From a virus (taxonomy: Duplodnaviria; Caudoviricetes): a stretch of 64,000 bases of DNA. Below the pieces are notes generated by a model. That model was given only the letters and a program-made list of their open reading frames with translations. It was not told where the DNA came from and did not search any database. Location: IMG/VR virus record IMGVR_UViG_3300034061_004620; one strand, given 5' to 3'. Shown in pieces: positions 21,531 to 31,200 of this stretch (its first letter is position 1; each line of letters opens with the position of its first letter). A program made the translations under genes and the position numbers.

Positions 21531-24500
21531 TTAGATGTTAATTTGTCCTGCTGTAATTGCACTAATAATTTGTACATTGTCAACGGTCGCTGCACTTACC
21601 AAAATTTCATTTGGCTCGGCATTTATCTGATACAATGATCCAAATCCACTTAGCTGAGCTGCTGGTACTATTATTACACTGCTAACATTAGGACTTAATG
21701 CTGTGTGTAAATATGCACTTAATTCACTGAAATAAAATGTTTCGCCAAAATCCCAATTGGCAATATCAAAATAAGTGTTAATTGCTGCTATCACCTGACT
21801 TTTAATATCGTTATCACTTAAATTAACATTTGGATTTTTAATTACCTTGAAGGTGGCACGCAAAGAATCAATAGCCTTGTTTCCAAAAAGTGGTTTGAAC
21901 ACAGCAGGATTGTAGATAATGCTGTCACTTATGGTTTTTAAATTTTCAATTGAGCCAAATTCTGTTTGTAGCTCTACACTGGTTGGCGGAACAGGTTCTT
22001 GCAATCTATTGCTGGTATCAGTAATAAATGCATAGTACTGATCACTGTAAGTTCTTGTTAGAATGTAAAAATCTATTAGATTGTTGGGACTTGGATCTAT
22101 TCTGCGATTGTTAGGCGCATTATGCGTGTACTGGAACATAATATCCTGTCTACCTATTCTGGCTATATAGTTTGTAATTAACGTGACCGATGAGCCAGTT
22201 GACTCATAAAATTTGTCTTCGCTGGTGGCATAAAAAACAGTATCAACAGGATACAATGTAATATTTGTGAGTATAGTTGATTCATCTGGATATATAGACA
22301 CAATCAAATTTTGATCAACCGGATCATACTTGGCAAAATTGAACTCGTCGATGGTTTCAACAAAAAATACGTACTTGTGTTCAGGATTGGTTTCTGGATC
22401 TACCAAGATGTCAAACAAATCAGGATTATCAGGCACCTCGTCTAAATTATCATCAGGAAAAGTAATTAAAATTTTTCTATTATCTTCAAATCCATCAACT
22501 TCTACAACACGGTCGGCCACACGATATGTTTGACTATAATACAAACTGTTTGCAGAATCTGGTAAGGTATTTGTACGTAGTACTTTTATTTCATCTAATT
22601 TTGTAGTTGCTGTTCTACTGTCATAAACCTTGACATCAGGATCGTAGTAAAATCTTGTTTCACGTTCGCTTTGGAAAAAGTAATTTAAACCACGACTTGT
22701 GACCGAGTATGCTTGATTCACAAAAACAAATTTTAAATACCAACTGTTGTCCAATCCCAGACCCGAAGTGTTACCAGTATTGGTCAAATCAAATTCGCCT
22801 GTTCCTATGTTTGCCTCATCAATCGTGGTCCAAATTTTGTTTGTGATATCGTATCTCAACGCAAAGGTTTTATAACTTAACACGTTGTTGATAATTTCTG
22901 TTATTAAAGATGATGGCCAGGCATTTGCAAATACCGGAATCACTTGACTTATTTCTGCCCCAGTTGGCACTACAACACTAAGTGTTGCGTTGCCTATACC
23001 CGGAGTTGGATAAGATATAACGCTTGCCCATAATTCAGTACGTTGAAATTCTGTTTCGGGAGTTCCTGTTTGCAATTGATTTTGAGCATCAAAATACTTG
23101 CCAGTTGGAGCAAGAAATTTGATTAAAGCTCCTTGAGTAATGTAAATGTAACTGGATGCATTAAAGGTACCAATACTACGTCCGCCACTGTTCAAAGATT
23201 GTGTCCAAGTGCCAGTAGGTGTATATCTGGTGGCTGTTTTATAGTACAAATGCTTGGTAGACAAGCGAGAGATAAGAGGGGTAATTACATTTCTTACAAT
23301 AAAGTTTACTTCACTGCTGCTGGTAAATTGAAAGGTTTCAATTTCAACTGTGGGCTCTGAGTAAATTATTCCGTCCTGTGCAAATATATTTGTGCTCGAA
23401 TATTTGCCGGTGGCATCTACCACGTCAAGATATCTGCTTACTCCAGAGCTTGATCGATTGACTGCTTTAACTTTTAAAATATTGCCAAAAGTGGTAAAGG
23501 GAAGGGTATTATAATCTTCCCCGGTGACCATTCTGTTTTGGGTGTAGTATTGTTGTGGCGCTTTGATGCGTATGTCCTCGAGAGTCTCTCTGGCCGACGC
23601 ATTTGTCACTGTATACTCTAAACTTGCACGCACTGAAAAAGTTTCTGCTCTGCCGGTTCTTCCACGGTAAGGAATAGTGATTGTGACTGCACTCATTTCT
23701 TCCGGAGTAATTTTGTAAGTTTGATTGTTGCTTACCCGATAATAAATTCTAAAGTTTCCAATTGGTATATTGGTAAATGCACCATCGCCGAATACCAAGT
23801 CAACTTGATCATTGGCTCTGGTGCTTATGCTGTAGAGATTTCTATCTTCTGTATTGTTGTAAATCACATTAATGCCGTTCACAGCAGGCACTTGAGTCCA
23901 TAACGTGGTTGGTGTGCCAGCAGCATTCAGCGAGTACAGCCAAACGTCTGAGTTGTTAATGTTGTCAAAATTAATATTAACTATACGATTGGGTAAACTT
24001 TCAGTAATAGAGAAATCAAGGCTTCTCAGGTCTCCTTGTTTAAAATAAAAAAAGTATCCGGTATTGTTTGACCCATTGCCTTGATTATCGTTTTTATATA
24101 AAAAATTAAAAACACCGCTTGGTGCTGGGGGTTTCTCGTATATGTAAGCATAATTTGCGGATGTTGGACTTACTATTTCAAATGGATAGGTTACTCCTGC
24201 AATACTTGCCGAGTAGGGTTGTACTGGTATGACTCCATTCAACAAATCTATAGAATACTCGTCGGTTTTTACTCCACTTAGCGTTTTGGTCGCACCAGGT
24301 TTTCCAATTGCTTGAGTGCCCACAAGCACAGCGTTAAGAATTGCTGTAAACTGCTCTAACCAATTTTCGTTGGTATTGTCATTCCAGTTAACTATCAAGT
24401 TACTTAAATTTGTTCCAGTGCTGTCATAGATGATTTCAGATGTACTGACATTTTGAAATTTTAAAAAACCTGCTGCAGGTATGCTACGTTTGGGATTATA

Positions 24501-24815
24501 ACTTATCAGCTTGGCTAATTTTAAAATACTGTCGCGACGTTCTGCAGTGTCAAGAAAGTTTTCTCTGGCATTTAAATCTGTTCTAAATGCCAAACTTTGA
24601 CCCAGAAATGCTATGAGATCTATTAAGGCAATGTATTCAGAACTTTCAGTAAAATCATTGAAATCTTCAGGATAATATGTACGCAAATATTCGATCATTG
24701 ACTTGCGTAAGGTTTCAAAGTCAAAGCTTTGGAAATCAGCTTCTCTGAAAGTTTGATAGATTTTAGTCCAATCTTGTTGAACTAATAAACTGGTTTGTCT
24801 TGTGGTAATTGCCAT
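21531..24815 (-). CDS. gp6: Baseplate wedge subunit, T4 gp6-like
   Basis: DFQSFDFETLRKSMIEYLR..YPEDFNDF.ESSE..ALID..AFLGQSLAFR.DLNARENFLDTAERRDS; E.LEDIRIKAPQ.YYTQNRMVTGEDY; next to gp25. Confidence 0.85.
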   Translation of the reverse strand: MAITTRQTSLLVQQDWTKIYQTFREADFQSFDFETLRKSMIEYLRTYYPEDFNDFTESSEYIALIDLIAFLGQSLAFRTDLNARENFLDTAERRDSILKLAKLISYNPKRSIPAAGFLKFQNVSTSEIIYDSTGTNLSNLIVNWNDNTNENWLEQFTAILNAVLVGTQAIGKPGATKTLSGVKTDEYSIDLLNGVIPVQPYSASIAGVTYPFEIVSPTSANYAYIYEKPPAPSGVFNFLYKNDNQGNGSNNTGYFFYFKQGDLRSLDFSITESLPNRIVNINFDNINNSDVWLYSLNAAGTPTTLWTQVPAVNGINVIYNNTEDRNLYSISTRANDQVDLVFGDGAFTNIPIGNFRIYYRVSNNQTYKITPEEMSAVTITIPYRGRTGRAETFSVRASLEYTVTNASARETLEDIRIKAPQQYYTQNRMVTGEDYNTLPFTTFGNILKVKAVNRSSSGVSRYLDVVDATGKYSSTNIFAQDGIIYSEPTVEIETFQFTSSSEVNFIVRNVITPLISRLSTKHLYYKTATRYTPTGTWTQSLNSGGRSIGTFNASSYIYITQGALIKFLAPTGKYFDAQNQLQTGTPETEFQRTELWASVISYPTPGIGNATLSVVVPTGAEISQVIPVFANAWPSSLITEIINNVLSYKTFALRYDITNKIWTTIDEANIGTGEFDLTNTGNTSGLGLDNSWYLKFVFVNQAYSVTSRGLNYFFQSERETRFYYDPDVKVYDSRTATTKLDEIKVLRTNTLPDSANSLYYSQTYRVADRVVEVDGFEDNRKILITFPDDNLDEVPDNPDLFDILVDPETNPEHKYVFFVETIDEFNFAKYDPVDQNLIVSIYPDESTILTNITLYPVDTVFYATSEDKFYESTGSSVTLITNYIARIGRQDIMFQYTHNAPNNRRIDPSPNNLIDFYILTRTYSDQYYAFITDTSNRLQEPVPPTSVELQTEFGSIENLKTISDSIIYNPAVFKPLFGNKAIDSLRATFKVIKNPNVNLSDNDIKSQVIAAINTYFDIANWDFGETFYFSELSAYLHTALSPNVSSVIIVPAAQLSGFGSLYQINAEPNEILVSAATVDNVQIISAITAGQINI

Positions 24816-24835
24816 ATCTTATACCTATTATTCAA

Positions 24836-24841
24836 TATTTA
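24836..24841 (-). promoter_or_regulatory. Late promoter box (CA)TAAATA upstream of gp6
   Basis: TATTTATG on plus in the 24816-24863 intergenic gap. Confidence 0.65.
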
Positions 24842-24863
24842 TGGCAATTAAAATATGGTATTT

Positions 24864-25244
24864 TTATGACGCAAGTAGTGTATTGGAATCTGAATTGAAT
24901 TCTAACTTTAACTGTTCGCTGTAATTGCCTGGCAAAAATGTTAAATCAATTTGTATTTGTAAACCATGCTCAAATTCGTTAATTAACACGTTATCCACTG
25001 CCAGTCGTGGATCGTACCCCACAATCCTTTTTACATCTTCAACAATAGTTGACTGAACGTCGGCAGTAAGAGGTTCAAACAACATGTTCCAAATTATGCT
25101 GCCAAAATCTGGATTCATGAGCTTTTGACCTTTGCGAATGCCAAAATGATTTATCAAATCTTGTTTGACCAATTCAGCATCAACAATGCGGAATTTTTTT
25201 ATGTTGTTTATAGTGCTGAAGCCTTTGTATCGTGTGTTAGCCAT
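24864..25244 (-). CDS. gp25: Baseplate wedge protein / sheath initiator, T4 gp25-like
   Basis: 126 aa; LVKQDLINHF.IRKG.KLMNPDFGSIIW.MLFEPLT......I.EDV..IV.YDPR motif; upstream of gp6. Confidence 0.85.
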   Translation of the reverse strand: MANTRYKGFSTINNIKKFRIVDAELVKQDLINHFGIRKGQKLMNPDFGSIIWNMLFEPLTADVQSTIVEDVKRIVGYDPRLAVDNVLINEFEHGLQIQIDLTFLPGNYSEQLKLEFNSDSNTLLAS

Positions 25245-25249
25245 ATTAG

Positions 25250-25255
25250 TATTTA
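25250..25255 (-). promoter_or_regulatory. Late promoter box TAAATA 5 nt upstream of the gp25 ATG
   Basis: TATTTA at 25250-25255; start codon at 25244-25242. Confidence 0.6.
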
Positions 25256-25261
25256 CTCTCG

Positions 25262-26551
25262 TTATGGAAGTGATTCTGTGGAAACATCTGCGTTAAGATT
25301 CTGAATAGCAAATTTGCCTGCTTGATAAAACAAAGCACCCGGACGTCCTTGGCTGTCTTTTTCTTTGCCTTTTTGACGCCACTCTTTTGCCTTGGCAGCT
25401 GGCAGCGAGTTGGCATAATCATCGCCGGTAGCTTTCAATTTGCTTACATCAACTTTGGCTGCGGCTTTCTTAAATTGTGCTGCAGACCCTTGCAGTGCAG
25501 GATCAAGCGCAGTTTGTACACTTTGTGCAGTGGCAGTAGCAGTGCCAGTAATATTAGGTATTCCGGATAGTGCCTGTGTGTCAACTGCAACCCCACTACT
25601 GGAAACACTAACAGTGGGCAAAGCCGACTGCAAGTTTTGTGCTATAGACGAAACTCCACTTTGAGCAAGTTGCGAAGCTGCCTGTAGTGGCGCTGCTGCG
25701 GTGCTCAACAGTCCGCCCAGGTCACTGGCCAGCCCTGATGCAGCTGATACTAAACTACTTGTGTCAGTACTCATCAATCCTGTTATAGACGATAATCCTT
25801 GTTGTAAAGTAGGATTGGCGTCTTGAAATTGATAAGACACAGCCAGCATACCTGCTACTACTTCTTTTGTGTCATAATCTTTGATTGCCCCCGATTTTAT
25901 ACCAGCGGTGTATTGTGCTAACAAAAATTTTTCCATGATGCGGTCTTGCACGTTCACATCAAAAATAAATTCTACTTCCGTGTTTACTCCGTCTTTGCCT
26001 GTATATGCAGCACCATTTGCAAATTTGTATCCGTAATTGATCAGAGTTTTGTTGTGTACTGCATATCTACCAATTCTGGGTGGCACATTGTATGTGCTAT
26101 CATTGTTGGTCTCCATAAAAGCAATCTGTACCATTAAAGCCTTGACATCGCTTTCCCGTAATGTGGGAATATCTTTTTTTACTTTAGGTGTTGGTGCTCC
26201 AATTGGTGCAGCAGGATCATCGAGCAGACTTCTGGGAGCGCCTTGGCCAAATGCTTGTTTTCTGGCTTCTTCAATTCCAACATTATTAGATTGGCTTTTG
26301 GCCTGTTGTCCAGGTGCGGCACTGGGTGTACCAAGATTGGCAGTAATAGAGCCCACAGCATTGTTGATATTTGCCTGTACACCCGGAGGTAGATTGTTGG
26401 TCAATGTTAAAACTGTAGAAGCATTAACACCGCCTGACTCAAATGCACTAAACATGGCCGATGCTGTGCTTGCTCCTGCTTGTACTTGTGCAGTTGCCTG
26501 TGGATTATTTTGTACAATTTGATTGACCAATTGTGTTACATTAATAGCCAT
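25262..26551 (-). CDS. Low-complexity Ala/Gln/Ser-rich protein with a central degenerate lysozyme-like domain
   Basis: Probable start ATG 26551 (MAINVTQLV), 1 nt after the gp5-like stop; the track start at 26653 overlaps gp5; AFMETNN...IGRYAV...LINYGY...QDRIMEKFL...AGMLAVSY segment. Confidence 0.55.
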   Translation of the reverse strand: MAINVTQLVNQIVQNNPQATAQVQAGASTASAMFSAFESGGVNASTVLTLTNNLPPGVQANINNAVGSITANLGTPSAAPGQQAKSQSNNVGIEEARKQAFGQGAPRSLLDDPAAPIGAPTPKVKKDIPTLRESDVKALMVQIAFMETNNDSTYNVPPRIGRYAVHNKTLINYGYKFANGAAYTGKDGVNTEVEFIFDVNVQDRIMEKFLLAQYTAGIKSGAIKDYDTKEVVAGMLAVSYQFQDANPTLQQGLSSITGLMSTDTSSLVSAASGLASDLGGLLSTAAAPLQAASQLAQSGVSSIAQNLQSALPTVSVSSSGVAVDTQALSGIPNITGTATATAQSVQTALDPALQGSAAQFKKAAAKVDVSKLKATGDDYANSLPAAKAKEWRQKGKEKDSQGRPGALFYQAGKFAIQNLNADVSTESLP

Positions 26552-26552
26552 A

Positions 26553-28229
26553 TTATTCGTCCTGATTTTGATTGGGTTCGGCCAAGCCACTGCTGAGTTT
26601 TTTCTTGCCAGTTTGCCTTGACCAAGGTTCGTGTGTGGGCGTAAACGGAGCAATGCTGGCCAATCCGCTTTGTGGATCTAATTCCCAACGTTTGGTGTCT
26701 GGATTGAATCTAACATTATCTTGTTGATACAACTGCATGGCCGGATTGATCAATGGTTCTACTGGTGTAGGAGGGATCTTGGGATTTTCTGGCACTTTAC
26801 CATCGGTGTTGACATACACTTGTGCACCACCTTTAAACCATAGTTCTCCTGAAGTAACTTTCCATCCACTGGTTACACCCGAACTGGCATTGGTATTTGA
26901 GCTTATTATAAACTCGCTCTGTGAATTAAAAGTTACATTGCCTTGTGATCTAACATTGGTCCAACGAGACGATGTTATCATGGTATCTTGTGTTTTGATA
27001 TTGAAAAGACCTGCAGTTTCTATGCTGGCATTTAATGCTCTAATATCTATACTGCCGCCGCTGCGTAAACCAACCACACCTGCGTTGATATTGTATAAAT
27101 CCTTGGCAGTGATAAGCTGCAAAGCAGTTTGCGATTCAATTGACGCACCTGCATACATTTTTATTGTGGATCCGGCATTAATGTTAACATTACCATCAGC
27201 ATGAAAATTCAAATCCATCTCAGATCGGAGATTTAAACTATCGCCACTGTAGATATTAATACTGCCCTTAGGCGTAAACTCCAACCAGGCAGTGCCTTTG
27301 TTGTTGATTATATATAAAACTTCGTTGGTATCATTGAACAATATCTGATGCCCGCCAGCTGATCTCAATCTTACAAGCTGGCTGTCTCCGTATAAGTCGC
27401 CATCATCCATTACAAAAGTATGTCCGCCTCGACGTTCTGTTGGACGCCAATCTTGTATCTGTTCACCTTGATTGCCCAATTTAAGAGCATCATCTAACGA
27501 TTCTCTGTCGGGATATTTGTCAGTTATATCTGGAAATCCACGGCCAGGCGTGCTGAAGCCAAACACTCTACTGGGCGATTCTCTGGTGCTTGAACTGGTA
27601 ATTGTTCCTCGATCGGGATCAGTTTCCAAGCCTTGTTGGATAACAATATTTGATTGGTAAGTGTGTAAAACTCTATCCAATTCAAGATAATTTCGTGAAG
27701 TATTTCGGTCTTCACTTTCTAAATTTACCTCACTGGCTGGCAAGAACACATCGTCGGCTGGTATATCTCGGTCGGCACCAAAAGTTGTGTCGAGTGTGAT
27801 AAAAGTAGTGCCTGATGGTCTTGCTATTCCCGGTACCATGTGCGTGGATTCTACATTTTGAACACAAGCGAACCAAAATCCTCTACTGATATCTCCATTT
27901 ACAAAAGTAACCAACACTTGGTTTTCTAAGTCAGGCGGCACTGCCCAAAACCCATATGTTTGAGATTCGGTTCCAAAAGAATTAGGATCATCTACTCCGG
28001 GTTTGCCTACAGTGCTTCCAAAAAACGGACTTGCATAGCTAACAGTAATGTATGGCCCTGTTTCATCGCCTTGTAATTCAGATATCCAGACATCCAATCT
28101 GCCCAGGCGAGTGGGATCAACATTATTTTTGACTATGCCAATATATGGGCCGGGATCAATTTTAATCCCGGGAGTTGCATCCTTGTCGTAATTGGGATTG
28201 ACTTTGTTTGGTTTAATTGAATCTGACAT
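26553..28229 (-). CDS. Baseplate hub/central spike protein, gp5/VgrG-like (OB fold plus beta-helix)
   Basis: GPYIGIVKNNVDPTRLGRLDVWI..L; YGFWAVPPDLENQVLVTF..G....GFWFAC; GHTFVMDDGD..G..QLVRLRSAGGHQILFND. Confidence 0.8.
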   Translation of the reverse strand: MSDSIKPNKVNPNYDKDATPGIKIDPGPYIGIVKNNVDPTRLGRLDVWISELQGDETGPYITVSYASPFFGSTVGKPGVDDPNSFGTESQTYGFWAVPPDLENQVLVTFVNGDISRGFWFACVQNVESTHMVPGIARPSGTTFITLDTTFGADRDIPADDVFLPASEVNLESEDRNTSRNYLELDRVLHTYQSNIVIQQGLETDPDRGTITSSSTRESPSRVFGFSTPGRGFPDITDKYPDRESLDDALKLGNQGEQIQDWRPTERRGGHTFVMDDGDLYGDSQLVRLRSAGGHQILFNDTNEVLYIINNKGTAWLEFTPKGSINIYSGDSLNLRSEMDLNFHADGNVNINAGSTIKMYAGASIESQTALQLITAKDLYNINAGVVGLRSGGSIDIRALNASIETAGLFNIKTQDTMITSSRWTNVRSQGNVTFNSQSEFIISSNTNASSGVTSGWKVTSGELWFKGGAQVYVNTDGKVPENPKIPPTPVEPLINPAMQLYQQDNVRFNPDTKRWELDPQSGLASIAPFTPTHEPWSRQTGKKKLSSGLAEPNQNQDE

Positions 28230-28230
28230 T

Positions 28231-31200
28231 TTATGCTATACCTGTTTTTTTGACTGTTTCTATTCGTGCAGTTTGTGCCTGGAAGAATTCTGTAGTTTCC
28301 TTTTGTAGCCTTGATAACTGGGTTAATAGTTTTAGTTTATCTAAGCCTGTATCGCTACCAACTTCTGTGTTTGTTTTAAAAGTTTTTGTTGCCAATTGAA
28401 CTATTTGATCAGCTTGTGCTTTCAAGGTTGCCTGAAACTCTTGCCTTAAAGCAATTACCTTCTCGGCTTTTTCTTCTACACTCAGCGTGTTATCATTTCT
28501 TATTCTGGTGATTTCAGCGTTAAACACCGGAATTTGAGCAGCGCGATCTCTCACTAAATCGTTATATTCGGCTTGAAATTCATCAAGGGCCAATCTTGGA
28601 TCTGGAGGCGCCTTTTCTTGGGGCGCTATAGCCGGTGCATCATTGGCATTGCTGGGTGCTGCTGCGGTTGGTTGCGGAGATGTGGCCACTGTGCCTGCGC
28701 CTGCTTGTGTTGCTATTGGATTAGTTGCAGGTTGTGCTGCGGCATTTTTCAAGTCAGCCAACTGAGTTGAATTTACCCCGGTGCTATCAACCAATTGATT
28801 TTGTTGTGACGCTGCTGCTGGAGTTGGTGTAGTGGTCTCGGTGGCGGCCACAGTGGCCTGCAGTTCAACCTTGGGCGAAAGTCGTGGTGTATCGTCGTAG
28901 AACAAATCGTTTGGCATTTTTACAAGATCAAGTGTTTGTTCAAATTTTCCGCGATTGAAATCGCTTTTTACCTTGAGCACTTTGTAAACACCACTGAATG
29001 TGGAATCAGTCATTTTACCGTTGCTTAATTTTATTTGCTTGTTTGTAATACCAGTTGTGTCATCAATGTCCACTGCACTTTTGACCAAAAGTTGAACAAA
29101 AACCTGTTCTTGATCAAAAATAATTTGTCCTGTGTCTGGATTGATTGGCACCGTTTCGCTGTTGTTTTCGCCCGATGATTTACTGATAATGGTATTTTGA
29201 TAATCTGGACTCATGGGATTATAGTAAATGTCATCCTGTTTGATGAATGCCGGATCACCGATGATTCTTAACTGCACATTCAACATATCCCCGCCCGGGC
29301 GGGTGTAAATGCTGTCGGCAATATCAGCCACCGCACTGGAATCCGGTTTTGCAGTTCTGTTCATTTGTCCTGCACCTTTGGCATTTACACCCACCGGTTT
29401 ATATGTGGTGGGCAAATCCAAGTTACGTTTAGGGTTGGAATTTTTAGGGTCTACATCTCTTTGTACATTATCCTCGTTTTCCAACGGGTTACTATAGCTT
29501 GCTGCTGTGGCTGTTTTGCTGTCTTGATAGGCAGTGATTGCAGTGAAATACAAACTATCAAAATCAATTTCAATGCTCACTATGTCTTGATTCAATCCTG
29601 TGTAAAGATAATTGTATGCTCTTACAATTTTACTTTTGTTGATTCGTGTTTTAGCAAAATCAGGATGATATGCATTTGCTGTTCGATAAGGCACAATTGA
29701 ATATACTGCGGTTTTACTATAGGCATTGGCACTATCATCAAATCCATTCATGTATATTTGTGGTACAATTTTGTACCAGTCTAAAAATTTGTATTTGTTT
29801 AGCTCTGCTTCGGCTTCGCGTAATTCTCTGAGACGCTGTTCTTTATCTGCAGTATTTTGATTGGGATCATTAAGTAAATCACTTCGGTTGGCAATGATTT
29901 CTCTATTTCGTGCTATGGCTTCTTTGGCATCTTTCACTTGATCGGTAATGTATGCACTGCTTTGCATTATTCTATCAATCAGTTGCACAATGTTTATTCC
30001 AGGATTAATATTAAAACCTTGTTTAGTTTTGCCTTCGGGTAATTTTGCTGTGGCAGTAGTTTTGAAGGCTTGACCAGGTTCGGTCATTGGCATAGTGCGA
30101 GCTTCAGCAAATTTTTCATCAACTATTTTGCTTTTTTGTATTCGTGGGTCTGCAATATTGAAAGCAATCAAAGCTGGTGGTAATTTAAATGTTTTTCCCG
30201 AGCCTGACACCCCACGCATGAACGTGTTAAAGCCTGCTGGATAACTTTTTGTTGTATAGGTATATGTTGCCCTTAATCGATTGCGTTCTTCGGTAAGTTC
30301 TGCTGCTGTTGGTTTAGTACCAGAATTTTTTTCGGTTTGTTCTGCTGCCCATTTACTTAGTTCGCTTTCTACTCGTTCTTCGTTTTGGGCCACTTCAGAT
30401 GAGAAAATTTTAGCTATTTCGTTGTTGCTGTCAAAAAATTCTCCAACAGTTCCTGCTTGTACACTCAATGCAACCGGTAAGGAAGCTATAGAATCCGAAA
30501 AAGCAGTATGGTTGTAAGGTACAGCTCTGCATCTATATTCCGTGCCTCCGGTTCCGGGCTTGATTTTCATTTCTATAATTTTTATGGCCACACGTTTTCT
30601 ATCTATTCTAATAGAATTGTTTCGTGACTCAGTCACATTTGATAAAAAATCTACTTCAAGTAGATACGGTTGATCTATGTAATTGGGGCAATTGACCGGA
30701 GGCATCATACACGCACTTTGCAATCTATCTAACAGTGTCATGCCATAAGGTTCTACTATGTTGAATGTAATTTCAATAGCATTACTGGCCTTGGTTTTGG
30801 AGTTTAATCCTACCACCGTGGTCATGCTGAGATTTTCAATAAAAAAATCTTCCATGAAATCTGGATGTCTACCTGTGCGTTTGGCTTTTGCCACATCCTT
30901 GAGCGGCTGTTCTTCAGCAAAGCCACCACCGCTGCTGATAAGAGCAAATTTTGGTTCAAAACTTTTTGGACGTTCTATCATTTCTGTGTAGTCCATGGCT
31001 GACAGGAGGTACAATGTGATCCTGTAGGTACTACTGGTGTAATCATGCAGTGCATTCTTTTTGGCTTTGGCCAATTTGAGTGACAATTCTTTTTGTTTGT
31101 CACTGTCTGACTTGCCAGTATCAACTGGTTTACTGCTGCTTGTGGTTCCAATTATGCTGTCTTGTTTGCGTTTTTCTAAATTTTTTCCTGCTTCAACCGA

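Noticed and set aside
26552-26653. Track start at 26653 for the 463-aa ORF
   Set aside because: It overlaps the gp5-like gene by about 100 nt; ATG 26551 directly after the gp5-like stop is more plausible
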